Shown: piece after piece, positions 11,631-20,820 of the stretch
Layout: every line of letters begins with the position of its first letter
Numbering within the stretch: position 1 is the stretch's first letter
IMG/VR virus record: IMGVR_UViG_3300008267_000012
Strand: one strand, 5' to 3'
Length of the DNA: 64,000 nt
Source of the DNA: a virus
Taxonomy: Duplodnaviria; Caudoviricetes
The notes under the pieces: generated by a model
Seen by the model: the letters and a program-made list of their open reading frames with translations, nothing else
Told to the model about the DNA's origin: nothing
The model's database searches: none
Translations under genes and position numbers: made by a program

Positions 11631-12367
11631 GTCAAAATACAAGTGGAAATGGTTATAGTGTCAATATTGATATTAATCAATCTTTTAATTTATTACCTAA
11701 AAGTGAATCAATTAAAAAATATATTGATTCTGAAACAAAAAAAGCATTTGCTCAAACATTAATAGATGATAAAGATGAAGAATATGTAACCTTTATACCA
11801 AGAGATAATTTTAATTTAGTACCATATTTTAATAATGTGGCAGATTATGGTGCTGCTGGGATAACAAATTTTGCATTTACTAAAGAATCATATTATATTT
11901 TTGATTTATATGATAATTATTCGGAAGGAAATCAAAAATTACTATCTAGAAATTATGTAAAATTATTTAGAGTTTTTTCGGCATTTACTGCTACAACTAT
12001 AAGTTTTAAAAATTCTAAATTATCAAAAGAGTTTAGTAATATTTATATACCATCAGATATTATTGTAAATACAAATAAAACAACATTCTTTTTAAAAATT
12101 TCTTTTTTTAACTCTGCGAATGGTAAATTAAGATTTTTTGAATGTAGTCCAGGTAGTATAGACAGTTCAAAAAATTATTTCAAAATTTTTATTGATAAAG
12201 TCAATAAATTATATTATATTTATAATGGTTTTCCTTCATACGACATATATGAAGTTATACAAGAAAAACTAGAAAAATCACAAGTAAATCAAGATGCAAT
12301 AGGTAGGGTTGCACCACCTGAAATAAAAACTAAAAAAACAATTACATCAAGAGGCAAATTTATATGA
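11609..12367 (+). CDS. Hypothetical protein (structural region)
   Basis: 252-aa ORF overlapping both neighbours in operon fashion. Confidence 0.55.
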   Translation: MYNYNILSQNTSGNGYSVNIDINQSFNLLPKSESIKKYIDSETKKAFAQTLIDDKDEEYVTFIPRDNFNLVPYFNNVADYGAAGITNFAFTKESYYIFDLYDNYSEGNQKLLSRNYVKLFRVFSAFTATTISFKNSKLSKEFSNIYIPSDIIVNTNKTTFFLKISFFNSANGKLRFFECSPGSIDSSKNYFKIFIDKVNKLYYIYNGFPSYDIYEVIQEKLEKSQVNQDAIGRVAPPEIKTKKTITSRGKFI

Positions 12368-12567
12368 TAGAATTATTAATAAAATTTTTTGGTACATTTA
12401 TACCGAAATTTATGTTTTGTGGGTCAGTATTTTATTTTATCTACATTATGTATATTTTTTTTAGATGCATGAGAAGACAAGAAAAATTATCTGAATCTTT
12501 AACACAAAGAGAAAAACAATATTTTTATTTAGCAATAACTTATATATTTACATTTATTATTATATGA
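12364..12567 (+). CDS. Small membrane protein (two hydrophobic segments; possible holin-like)
   Basis: 67 aa with two hydrophobic stretches; ATGA-type overlaps with neighbours. Confidence 0.45.
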   Translation: MIELLIKFFGTFIPKFMFCGSVFYFIYIMYIFFRCMRRQEKLSESLTQREKQYFYLAITYIFTFIII

Positions 12568-13031
12568 AATTTAAAAAAATAATTGAAGAACTTAAAAACT
12601 ATATCGTTCAAATTAACTTTGACGATTTTGTTGATGTTTATATGTCATTTCCATCTGATTGGGATATGACCCCATTCTTTGAAGAGAATGAAGTTTACAT
12701 ATTAGAAAATCCTAAAAAAACTTTTGAGGATAATGGAAGACAATACAATATCTATCAGTTTCTTTTAAAATCTGTTGATTATACAGATGAGTTATTTAAT
12801 ATTCTAGTTCAAATAAAAAATACTTTTCTAGAAAGAGAAAAAATGATTTTTGAATTAAATCAAAAACTTGAACAAGAAAAGAAAGAACTTGAAGAAAGTA
12901 TTAATAAAAAAATTAATTCAATTCGTACTACTCCATCACCTAAAAAACCTAAGAATGAAATTGTGGAAAAGATTGAAGAAGTGAATGAATTAAAGAATAT
13001 AGATGATATTATGACTACTTATAGTAAATAA
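12564..13031 (+). CDS. Hypothetical protein with C-terminal coiled coil
   Basis: 155-aa ORF in operon. Confidence 0.55.
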   Translation: MKFKKIIEELKNYIVQINFDDFVDVYMSFPSDWDMTPFFEENEVYILENPKKTFEDNGRQYNIYQFLLKSVDYTDELFNILVQIKNTFLEREKMIFELNQKLEQEKKELEESINKKINSIRTTPSPKKPKNEIVEKIEEVNELKNIDDIMTTYSK

Positions 13032-13037
13032 GTCATA

Positions 13038-14162
13038 ATGATTTTTAAAGATTCACAAGAGCAATTAAAACTTTATAAACAAATTAGAGTATCAATAGGT
13101 GAACCTGTTCGTGATTATAATGATTGGGTTACTGATGATGTTATTGATACCTATGTTGAAATGGCTTTAGAAGATTATATCTCTTATTTGGATAATTGGT
13201 TAATTGAACAACAATGGTCAACCTTAGAAGGTCTTAGTATTAGTTCAGCTAACTTTGTTGAAGCATTTACAACTAAAACACTTGATTTTGAAAAATCCTT
13301 TGCTGTTGCTTATGGCAAACAAACAGGTATTTCTACATTAGGAGAATGGGAACTAAAAAGTGATTATGTAGTCATCTCTGCTGATACACAAGTTTATACA
13401 ATACCATCAGGAAGAGAAATAAATGAAATTCTTTGGTATACACCTCCACAAATTGCAACTAATATTCTTGACCCTATTGGTATGGGTGGTGGTTGGTTTG
13501 GCGCACCAACAGGTTGGTATTATGGTAATGTACCTGCACAATCAATGTTACCATCATTTTCATTGATTCTATCTACTATGGATAGATTACAAAAGAAAAA
13601 GATTATACAAAGTGAATTAACATATAGAATAGCACCAGGACCAAATAAAACAAAGAAACTTTTCTTATATCCAATACCAGGGAGTAGGGAAGAAATTGTT
13701 GGTAAATTTGGTAAATCATATGAAGGTTCTAAAGTATGGTATTTTTATTATGATACATTTGATAATGAACAAAGAGATAAATGTTTAGAAGAAAATGAAG
13801 ATATTGTAAAACTTCCTTCTGATGTTCCAATTAGAATGAAAAAATGGGAAAACTTAAATGCACCTTCTAAAAACAAAGTAAGAAGATTAGCGGTAGCATA
13901 TGTTAAAAAATTCCTTGCAACTATTTGGGCAAAAACATCAGGTAAAATTAAATTACCTCAAAGAGATGAAGTTCTTGAAATAGATTATAAATATTTTGCT
14001 GAAGATTATGATAAAGAAAAAGAAGCTATATTTAAAGAATTACAAGAACAATTAGCAGATTTTACATATCAAAAGATTATGGAAAAGAAAGCATCAATTG
14101 GTGAAAATCTAAATAAAGTTTTATCATATGCTCCTGCACAAACTCAAATAATTTGGAAATAA
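13038..14162 (+). CDS. Neck/head-tail adaptor protein (gp13-like)
   Basis: N-terminal IRVSIGEP..D..TDDVIDTYVEMALEDY pattern of gp13-like proteins; followed by a gp14-like gene. Confidence 0.7.
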   Translation: MIFKDSQEQLKLYKQIRVSIGEPVRDYNDWVTDDVIDTYVEMALEDYISYLDNWLIEQQWSTLEGLSISSANFVEAFTTKTLDFEKSFAVAYGKQTGISTLGEWELKSDYVVISADTQVYTIPSGREINEILWYTPPQIATNILDPIGMGGGWFGAPTGWYYGNVPAQSMLPSFSLILSTMDRLQKKKIIQSELTYRIAPGPNKTKKLFLYPIPGSREEIVGKFGKSYEGSKVWYFYYDTFDNEQRDKCLEENEDIVKLPSDVPIRMKKWENLNAPSKNKVRRLAVAYVKKFLATIWAKTSGKIKLPQRDEVLEIDYKYFAEDYDKEKEAIFKELQEQLADFTYQKIMEKKASIGENLNKVLSYAPAQTQIIWK

Positions 14163-14657
14163 ATGGCAAAAACACCGTATTATAATCAAAAAGATTACTT
14201 AATTGACCTTAGAATGTCAAAAGACTATATTGATGAAGATATGGGTTTATTTATATATTTATTCTCAATAAATATTACAGCATCTAAAAAAGATATCTAT
14301 GGTGAAAGCTTACCAACAGAAAAAGAATTTGCTGACCCTGTTAAATTAAGTGCATTCGTTTCATTAAGTAAATCAGAAACATCTAAGTTAGGAAATAATA
14401 TGCTTATTAATGAAACAATGGAATCAGTTAAATTTGGTATATTTTTAGATGAATTGGAAAAAACACAAGCAGACCCTAAAAAGGGGGATTTTCTTTTGTA
14501 TGATGATAATCAAACAAAAAGATTTTATGAAATAAATACAATAACTAATATACTCAGCAATAATCAAATGTATAATTATAATCCATTTTTTAAAGAGATT
14601 AGTGCAAGTTATGTTAGAGATTACAGATTACCTCAAAACCTTAAAAATTATGTATAG
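14163..14657 (+). CDS. Neck/head-closure protein (gp14-like)
   Basis: DIYGESL..K.F..PVKL pattern; directly after the gp13-like gene. Confidence 0.65.
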   Translation: MAKTPYYNQKDYLIDLRMSKDYIDEDMGLFIYLFSINITASKKDIYGESLPTEKEFADPVKLSAFVSLSKSETSKLGNNMLINETMESVKFGIFLDELEKTQADPKKGDFLLYDDNQTKRFYEINTITNILSNNQMYNYNPFFKEISASYVRDYRLPQNLKNYV

Positions 14658-14715
14658 ATGTGGATGTCAAGGTACTAAAAAACCATCAGTAACCGTTAGA
14701 AGACCTAGAAGATAA
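14650..14715 (+). CDS. 21-aa Cys/basic micro-ORF MYRCGCQGTKKPSVTVRRPRR
   Basis: Not in the ORF track. Fills the gap exactly: overlaps the upstream stop, and its TAA overlaps the next ATG (TAATG). Confidence 0.5.
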   Translation: MYRCGCQGTKKPSVTVRRPRR

Positions 14716-15008
14716 TGTACGAATTATTTTTATCAATAGCAATTGGCTTTTGTTCAGCTCAATTGACTAGAGTATTAGATTTTTCTTTTAATGAAGGAAA
14801 TATATTAGATTGGTATTATATACTTTTATTAAAGTATGTTGAACCTATATCAAAAAAAGTAGCAAAACCTCTTGGTACTTGCATTAAATGCTTTTCCGTA
14901 TGGGTTTGTTTTTTTATCTTTGGAGTATTTTGTTTATTTACAACACTCCCTTGGTTCTTTATATTTCTATCTCAAGGCATTAGTGCTTTTATAATCTATA
15001 GAGAGTAA
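14715..15008 (+). CDS. Membrane protein, DUF1360-like
   Basis: Hydrophobic helices with KPLGTCIKCFSVW (CxxC..W) motif. Confidence 0.5.
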   Translation: MYELFLSIAIGFCSAQLTRVLDFSFNEGNILDWYYILLLKYVEPISKKVAKPLGTCIKCFSVWVCFFIFGVFCLFTTLPWFFIFLSQGISAFIIYRE

Positions 15009-15394
15009 ATATCTCTAGCCTCATATTTCTTTACATACATCTTAACCAATCTACCTGCAATAGCATTGGCTGTATCTTCTATTACACCACCTATATCAGG
15101 TATATTACCTGTAATTTTTCCTTGTAAATCTTGTTTCTGATGAACAAGTTCATGCGCCAATGTTCTAAGTACATCAGCAATTTGTCTTCCTTCAGCAATT
15201 GTATAAACACATTTATCCGATGGATTATAACCTCCTGTTGTTATATCTAATTTATTTTTTCTTGTCAGTAAAAATACTCTTATATCATTAGTAATATCTA
15301 ATTCATCCCTACAAAATTTTAAAAACATTGTTAAATGTTTAAACTTAGCAGGATTTAAATTGTCTATTTTTTTTGAAAAAGAAACTTTAATCAT
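14996..15394 (-). CDS. Zincin-like (HExxH) metalloprotease-family protein
   Basis: LRTLAHELVHQKQ and downstream E..ANA.AG motif. Confidence 0.6.
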   Translation of the reverse strand: MIKVSFSKKIDNLNPAKFKHLTMFLKFCRDELDITNDIRVFLLTRKNKLDITTGGYNPSDKCVYTIAEGRQIADVLRTLAHELVHQKQDLQGKITGNIPDIGGVIEDTANAIAGRLVKMYVKKYEARDIYSL

Positions 15395-15417
15395 TTTATT
15401 ATAAATAGTAAATAAAA

Positions 15418-15441
15418 AAGGGGTAGAAAAATCTACCCCTT
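15418..15441 (-). terminator. Intrinsic terminator after major capsid gene
   Basis: AAGGGGTAG-6nt-CTACCCCTT hairpin followed by a T-run on the minus strand. Confidence 0.75.
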
Positions 15442-15462
15442 AATTTTTTATTCTAATCTATA

Positions 15463-17220
15463 TTAGATAGTGTCTAACATAAATTCAGCAGGTGAAGCAG
15501 ATGGAAGACCATTTACTAACACTTTACCATAGAACCTGTTGTTAACGACTTTCTTCGCATAACGAGTCATGATACCCATTACAGGTTTGAAGTCAGCAGG
15601 GTTAATGGTTTTTGGCATAAGCATCAACGGAACGTATGGAGCGTAGATGTAACCTGCGTGGAAGATTGAATCTCCTTTGTGTCCAATAAGAACAACACCA
15701 GCAGGAGCATAAGCATCAACATATACTGTGTATCTGTTAGCAACTGAACCAACTTTCTCAATACCTAAAGAGAACTTAGTTTCTTCAGCAGAAGCATCAG
15801 AAGCATGGAAGTACTCAAGGTCATTAAGAACAGCAGCAACTTCAGGAGAACATACAACCCAGTTTGCACCACCACGAAGAGTGAATTTCATGATACGAGC
15901 AGAGATTTGATTAATCTTGGTAATCAACTCTTGGTTGTAATCCTTACGAGTGATTGCAATGTTGTTAGCAGCACTTTGGAATCTTCTATCATAGGCTGAG
16001 TAATCCCAATATTCAACATGTGAAGCAGACTTACGAAGGTCACGAAGGATTTCACGGTCAATTTCACCTGATACAACTTCAGAAAGAAGTGCAGTTAATT
16101 CAGCCTCAACATCAATTGAGTGGAATGCGTTAACATCTTGCTGAAGTTCAGGAGTGAAGGTAGCACCTAACATTCTCTTTTCAACAGAAACGTCAATAAA
16201 GTCAAATGTGAAAGTTACTTGTGGAATTTCAGCATCTTCTTCTAAAGAAGAGTATTCTTTCCATGAAGCAGTAAGGTTAGCAGCAGTAAATGAAACAGTA
16301 GACTTTAAACCTGTACCATTTGCAGCATAAGGATTATTTCCATATACAGTACCACCACTTAAAGGTGAATTAAGAATTAAGTCAACAAGAATGTAATCAG
16401 TTCCTTTAGCAACGATTTCTTTTGCATAAGCTTGCATTGGAAGTCTAAAAGGAATTGGGTCACCAGCTGCAATGATAGTAGAACCATCAGCCTGAGAAGT
16501 AAGTGCAGAAGATGCAGTAACTTTTAAGCTCATTAAAAATGATTCAGTATCAATGATTTGACCTGAAGGACCAGTTAATTTACCTTCGTTAGTAGTGCTA
16601 AATCCTGAGATTCTAATTAAACATCTCTGAGAACCACTTGCACTACCAGGAACACCTGAAATAATTGCAGCAGCAGCAATAGACCTGTTGGTAATTCTAC
16701 CTTTAGTTCTATCAAAAAGACCACCAACATCTTCAAAATCACTTCCTTGATTGTAGAAAGAATCATACAATGAAGTTTGCTGATATTGAGTACCAGCAAC
16801 TTTTACACCGTTAACATAGTTAGCAGCAGCATTGCTATACACACCATCAAATGCTGTGTGAGCAGTAGTACCAACTCTTGTAGAAATTTTAGGGTTAATG
16901 AAATACAAACGACCAATCGGCATGTTCATAGCCTGAACTGATACGATTTCGTTTGCAAGTAATTTTTGGAAAACACGTCTGATGATTGGAAACGCAACTG
17001 TTTCAAATGAACCTGAAGATGTAGCATCAGTTGATTCATTGATTAAGTAAGACGCTTGGTTCTCATACAATTGAGCAATGTTTTCTGCCATGTGACCTTC
17101 AAGGCCATCAAGCAAGCCGAACTGATTCCACTTTTCGGTAATCAATTCACGCTGTTCTCTAAGTTGTCTGTATTCTTGACCAACTTTTCCAGAGTTAAGG
17201 ATTTCGGTAATTCCGTACAT
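15463..17220 (-). CDS. Major capsid protein (T4 gp23-like)
   Basis: KWNQFGLL, FPIIRR, VSVQAMNMPIG, R.LGA.FT.EL.QD..AFH.IDVEAEL, EIDREI, YAPYVPL, GIMTRYA motifs. Confidence 0.95.
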   Translation of the reverse strand: MYGITEILNSGKVGQEYRQLREQRELITEKWNQFGLLDGLEGHMAENIAQLYENQASYLINESTDATSSGSFETVAFPIIRRVFQKLLANEIVSVQAMNMPIGRLYFINPKISTRVGTTAHTAFDGVYSNAAANYVNGVKVAGTQYQQTSLYDSFYNQGSDFEDVGGLFDRTKGRITNRSIAAAAIISGVPGSASGSQRCLIRISGFSTTNEGKLTGPSGQIIDTESFLMSLKVTASSALTSQADGSTIIAAGDPIPFRLPMQAYAKEIVAKGTDYILVDLILNSPLSGGTVYGNNPYAANGTGLKSTVSFTAANLTASWKEYSSLEEDAEIPQVTFTFDFIDVSVEKRMLGATFTPELQQDVNAFHSIDVEAELTALLSEVVSGEIDREILRDLRKSASHVEYWDYSAYDRRFQSAANNIAITRKDYNQELITKINQISARIMKFTLRGGANWVVCSPEVAAVLNDLEYFHASDASAEETKFSLGIEKVGSVANRYTVYVDAYAPAGVVLIGHKGDSIFHAGYIYAPYVPLMLMPKTINPADFKPVMGIMTRYAKKVVNNRFYGKVLVNGLPSASPAEFMLDTI

Positions 17221-17272
17221 AATTTTTTAATGTTTTTTAATTTAATTTAAATAGTAAGATTTTTTCTGTTTT

Positions 17273-19285
17273 TTATTTTTTCTTACCAAAATTATAGTTA
17301 AGTAATTGTTTAAACCTATTAGATTCATCACTTTCATTGATTAAATCCTTTTCTTTGACAAGTGCATTGTCAGTTCTATGAATTTTACCAACTTTATTTT
17401 GTACTGATTCATTCAACATTGAACCATCTTTAACTGTTTGCCCTTTTGCAAACTCATTTGTTAGTGAAATATAGGTCTCTTTAATTTGTTCTTTTGTTTG
17501 TGCATTTGTAAAGCGATGAATAATTTGTAATTTTTCATTCTCTCTAAGAGGATGTTCAAGTAAAAACTTGTTTACAAATCCTGCTTTCAATGCACTAATT
17601 GTTACATCATAGACTTTATTCTCTAATGATTTAACTTTATTTGTAAAACCTTCATTTAAGGCTTTATTTTCTGCTTTAAGTTTTTTAACTTGCTCTTGTA
17701 AAGATTCAAATTCTTCATTTTCCATATCTTCTTCTGAAACAAGAGTAGGTTTTGAGCGTCTGTCAGGTCTTCCTTGAGCAGATTCATCAGCACCCATGTT
17801 TCTTGCTGATTTTTGGGTGCGACTATTAATAGCACTACTTTCTTCTAATTCATCTTCTTCTTTCATTGAATGTAACATTTCTTCAATTTCAGCTTCAGTT
17901 AAATTAGAATAATCTTCTTCCATTGGATAATCTTCTCTAGGGTCAACATCAATTTTCATTCCATCTTTATTTTTATTCATAAAAGTCATTGATTCACCAT
18001 CACCTTCTTCTTGAAGCATTTCATTCATTTCTTCAAGTTCTTCCATTGTCATTTCTTCAAACATTTCTTCAAGTTCAGATACAGATTTTTTTGGTTGCAT
18101 TCTATCCATACCACTTACTTCTTCAACATCGTGCATTGTTTCTTCAGCACCCATTTCAGCAAGCATTTCATTGATTTGCTCATCGGTTAATTCCATTTCA
18201 TTCATGTTCCAATTTTCATCATGCATTTCAACTTCATACATAATATCTTCATCTTGTGAGCCAAACATTTCTTCTTCTGAAGATGGATAATTTTTGATTA
18301 CAGTATCACGACCCATTTTTTCATAAGAATAACGACTACCATCAGGAGCATTTCTTACAGAAGGTTTTTCAGAATCCATAGAAGGATTACCTCCACGTCT
18401 ATATGAAATTTCATGACTCATTGGAGTTTCTTCATATTCTTCATCATATAAATCTTCATCCATCATTGAATGAAAACCTTCTTCATATGTATCATCTTCT
18501 TCCATATATTCATTTTCTTTAATGATGAAAGAATCATTATCACCCATATTATAATATGCTTCAACTAATTTATTAAAGCTTACATCTCTTAAATCTTTTA
18601 AAACTTGTTTTTTTGTATTTCTCATTTTAGTATTATTTCTTTTAAAATTTTCATTTATTTTTTGAAAGCTTTCTTCTTCTTCCCCTTCTTCCTCATCACT
18701 TGGTTCAGCTAAGACTTTATCATCAACATTGACATCAGAAAATTCATCATCATTTGATTCTTCATCACCAAATTCAATATCTTCTTCATCATCTGAATCA
18801 TCCATTTCTTCTTCATCAGAATCCATTTCTTCATCATCTGAATCATCCATTTCTTCTTCATCATCTGAATCTGCTTGAACTAATTTAAAACCATGTTCTT
18901 CTGCTGCTTTTCTTAAATCATCTAAAGACATTTCTTCTTCAGAATCTTCCATATTTTCTTCATCATCTGATTCTTCATCAGAGTCAACACCTTCTAAATC
19001 ATTAAGTTCACTTAAAATTTCATTAAGTGAAACTGATTCCTCAATAGATTCTTCCTTTTTTTCTTCTCCCTCTTTTTCTTTGGATTCTTCTTCTTTTTCT
19101 TTAGACTCTTCTACTTCTTCAACATCTTCACCTGCAATTATCTTTTCAAATAATGCAGCAGATTTTTTTTCAAGTAAATCAGCACTTTCATTAATCAGTT
19201 GTTCTTTGGCAAGTTCCAAAGATTCATTCTTGATATTTTCTAGTTCTTGCAAACTATCTTGTAATAAAGACTTTTTATTATTCAT
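17273..19285 (-). CDS. Prohead scaffolding/core protein (very acidic, low complexity)
   Basis: Lies between protease and capsid genes; D/E-rich repeats; C-terminal coiled coil and LRENEKLQIIHRF..A.T..Q.KE.Y pattern. Confidence 0.7.
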   Translation of the reverse strand: MNNKKSLLQDSLQELENIKNESLELAKEQLINESADLLEKKSAALFEKIIAGEDVEEVEESKEKEEESKEKEGEEKKEESIEESVSLNEILSELNDLEGVDSDEESDDEENMEDSEEEMSLDDLRKAAEEHGFKLVQADSDDEEEMDDSDDEEMDSDEEEMDDSDDEEDIEFGDEESNDDEFSDVNVDDKVLAEPSDEEEGEEEESFQKINENFKRNNTKMRNTKKQVLKDLRDVSFNKLVEAYYNMGDNDSFIIKENEYMEEDDTYEEGFHSMMDEDLYDEEYEETPMSHEISYRRGGNPSMDSEKPSVRNAPDGSRYSYEKMGRDTVIKNYPSSEEEMFGSQDEDIMYEVEMHDENWNMNEMELTDEQINEMLAEMGAEETMHDVEEVSGMDRMQPKKSVSELEEMFEEMTMEELEEMNEMLQEEGDGESMTFMNKNKDGMKIDVDPREDYPMEEDYSNLTEAEIEEMLHSMKEEDELEESSAINSRTQKSARNMGADESAQGRPDRRSKPTLVSEEDMENEEFESLQEQVKKLKAENKALNEGFTNKVKSLENKVYDVTISALKAGFVNKFLLEHPLRENEKLQIIHRFTNAQTKEQIKETYISLTNEFAKGQTVKDGSMLNESVQNKVGKIHRTDNALVKEKDLINESDESNRFKQLLNYNFGKKK

Positions 19286-19320
19286 TTTATTTTATTATCT
19301 ATATTTAATTAGTAAAAAAA

Positions 19321-20022
19321 TTAATTCCCAATTATTTTTCTTATAGAATCATCATATTTTTTTACATTATTGTTTTGTATTACTACTGATTCTTGCAATG
19401 ATTGGTCTTTTGTTTCCAAAAATAGATAAGCGTTAGGTGTAGATGGTGTAGCAACTAAGTCAAAACAAATAAGTTCAAAATCATCTTGAACAATATTTTT
19501 TCCACCTACTTTTTTAACACTACCTAATCCTCTTGAAGAGATACCAAGTTTAAGATTTCTTTGTAAGTATAATGCAATTTTATCGCCAATACACCAACCA
19601 TGACCATCTCTCATGAATGAATCGCTAACGATAATATCAAGAGTTCCATATACTGCGTTACCTGACCACCATGTTTTGGCAATTCTGTGTGAAATGTTTT
19701 GTAAAGAAATTGTAACTGATTCAGGATGGTCTGCTTCATTAAGTGCTGCATAATCATTAATAAGTTTTTGATATTCGTCTATTTGCTTTGCTAATATTTC
19801 TCTTGGATAAACTCTTCCGTTACGATTTAAAACATCAGCTTCCTGAAGTTTACAATCAATATAGAAATGACCATCAAAATCATTTCTTCTAAATTTTGAA
19901 TTTAAATCTTCAAATATTTTTTTATTATTTGTGGTTAAATCATTTGAAATAAGACCTGCATCAGTTTCTACTAATAAACCATATCCTTCTTGTCCTTCTT
20001 TTAGTAGTTGTACTTCTTTCAT
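19321..20022 (-). CDS. Prohead protease (T4 gp21-like)
   Basis: NRNGRVYP, ALNEADHPES, LGISSRGLGS, DFELICFDLVATPSTPNA motifs. Confidence 0.92.
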   Translation of the reverse strand: MKEVQLLKEGQEGYGLLVETDAGLISNDLTTNNKKIFEDLNSKFRRNDFDGHFYIDCKLQEADVLNRNGRVYPREILAKQIDEYQKLINDYAALNEADHPESVTISLQNISHRIAKTWWSGNAVYGTLDIIVSDSFMRDGHGWCIGDKIALYLQRNLKLGISSRGLGSVKKVGGKNIVQDDFELICFDLVATPSTPNAYLFLETKDQSLQESVVIQNNNVKKYDDSIRKIIGN

Positions 20023-20786
20023 TATTTGTTTGAGTTTAGATTTTTAATCTCAAAAAGTTTGGACAAATTATCAATTGCACTTTCAGATTCATATTCTAGT
20101 GTATCAATAAAATCAAATGTTTCTGTTAATACTTCTGAACTGATATTATCTTTTTCATTCAAAAGAAAATTCTTTGTTGATTTCTTATAACTTTCAAATA
20201 CAGTTTTTTTCTTTTTTTCATCACCTTTAATAAAGGTTGAGATAACTTCCACTTCATCAGGCTGAAGATTTGAAAATCTTTCTTCTAATTTCTTTTTAGC
20301 TAGATGAAAAATATGACTAACTTTAAACCCTTTATCAGTTTTTTCTAATTTTGCATCTTCTTTTTTAGTTAATGATTCAATTAAGAAATTTACTGATTCG
20401 TGTAATTTATTAACATTAGTTATTTTTTTATAAACGCTTTCATTAATAACATTTTCAATGTTCTGATTAAGTGTAATTTTATCTTCAGATAATTCTATTT
20501 CTTTTAAATCAAACTTTTGAAGTTTTTTATTTTCTTTTAGTAATTCGGTTTTGTCAATTTTTGATAAAGCTGAGATATTAGCCTCAATGAATCTTAATGA
20601 TTCATTATATTCAAGATTATGTTTTTTTAGATTCTCATAAATCGTATATTCTAACATTAGAATTGGAGATGATTTAATTGTTTTTAAAAACTCTTCATAT
20701 AGTTTTTTATACTTGCTAGTATTTTCAATTAAATCTTGAGAATATGCTTTATTTAATTTTGACTTGACATTACCAAAATTTACCAT
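20022..20786 (-). CDS. Hypothetical head-region protein
   Basis: 254-aa ORF between portal and protease; late-type motif upstream. Confidence 0.6.
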   Translation of the reverse strand: MVNFGNVKSKLNKAYSQDLIENTSKYKKLYEEFLKTIKSSPILMLEYTIYENLKKHNLEYNESLRFIEANISALSKIDKTELLKENKKLQKFDLKEIELSEDKITLNQNIENVINESVYKKITNVNKLHESVNFLIESLTKKEDAKLEKTDKGFKVSHIFHLAKKKLEERFSNLQPDEVEVISTFIKGDEKKKKTVFESYKKSTKNFLLNEKDNISSEVLTETFDFIDTLEYESESAIDNLSKLFEIKNLNSNK

Positions 20787-20820
20787 TTTTTTTAGTGTTT
20801 AATATAAATAGTATAAATTA

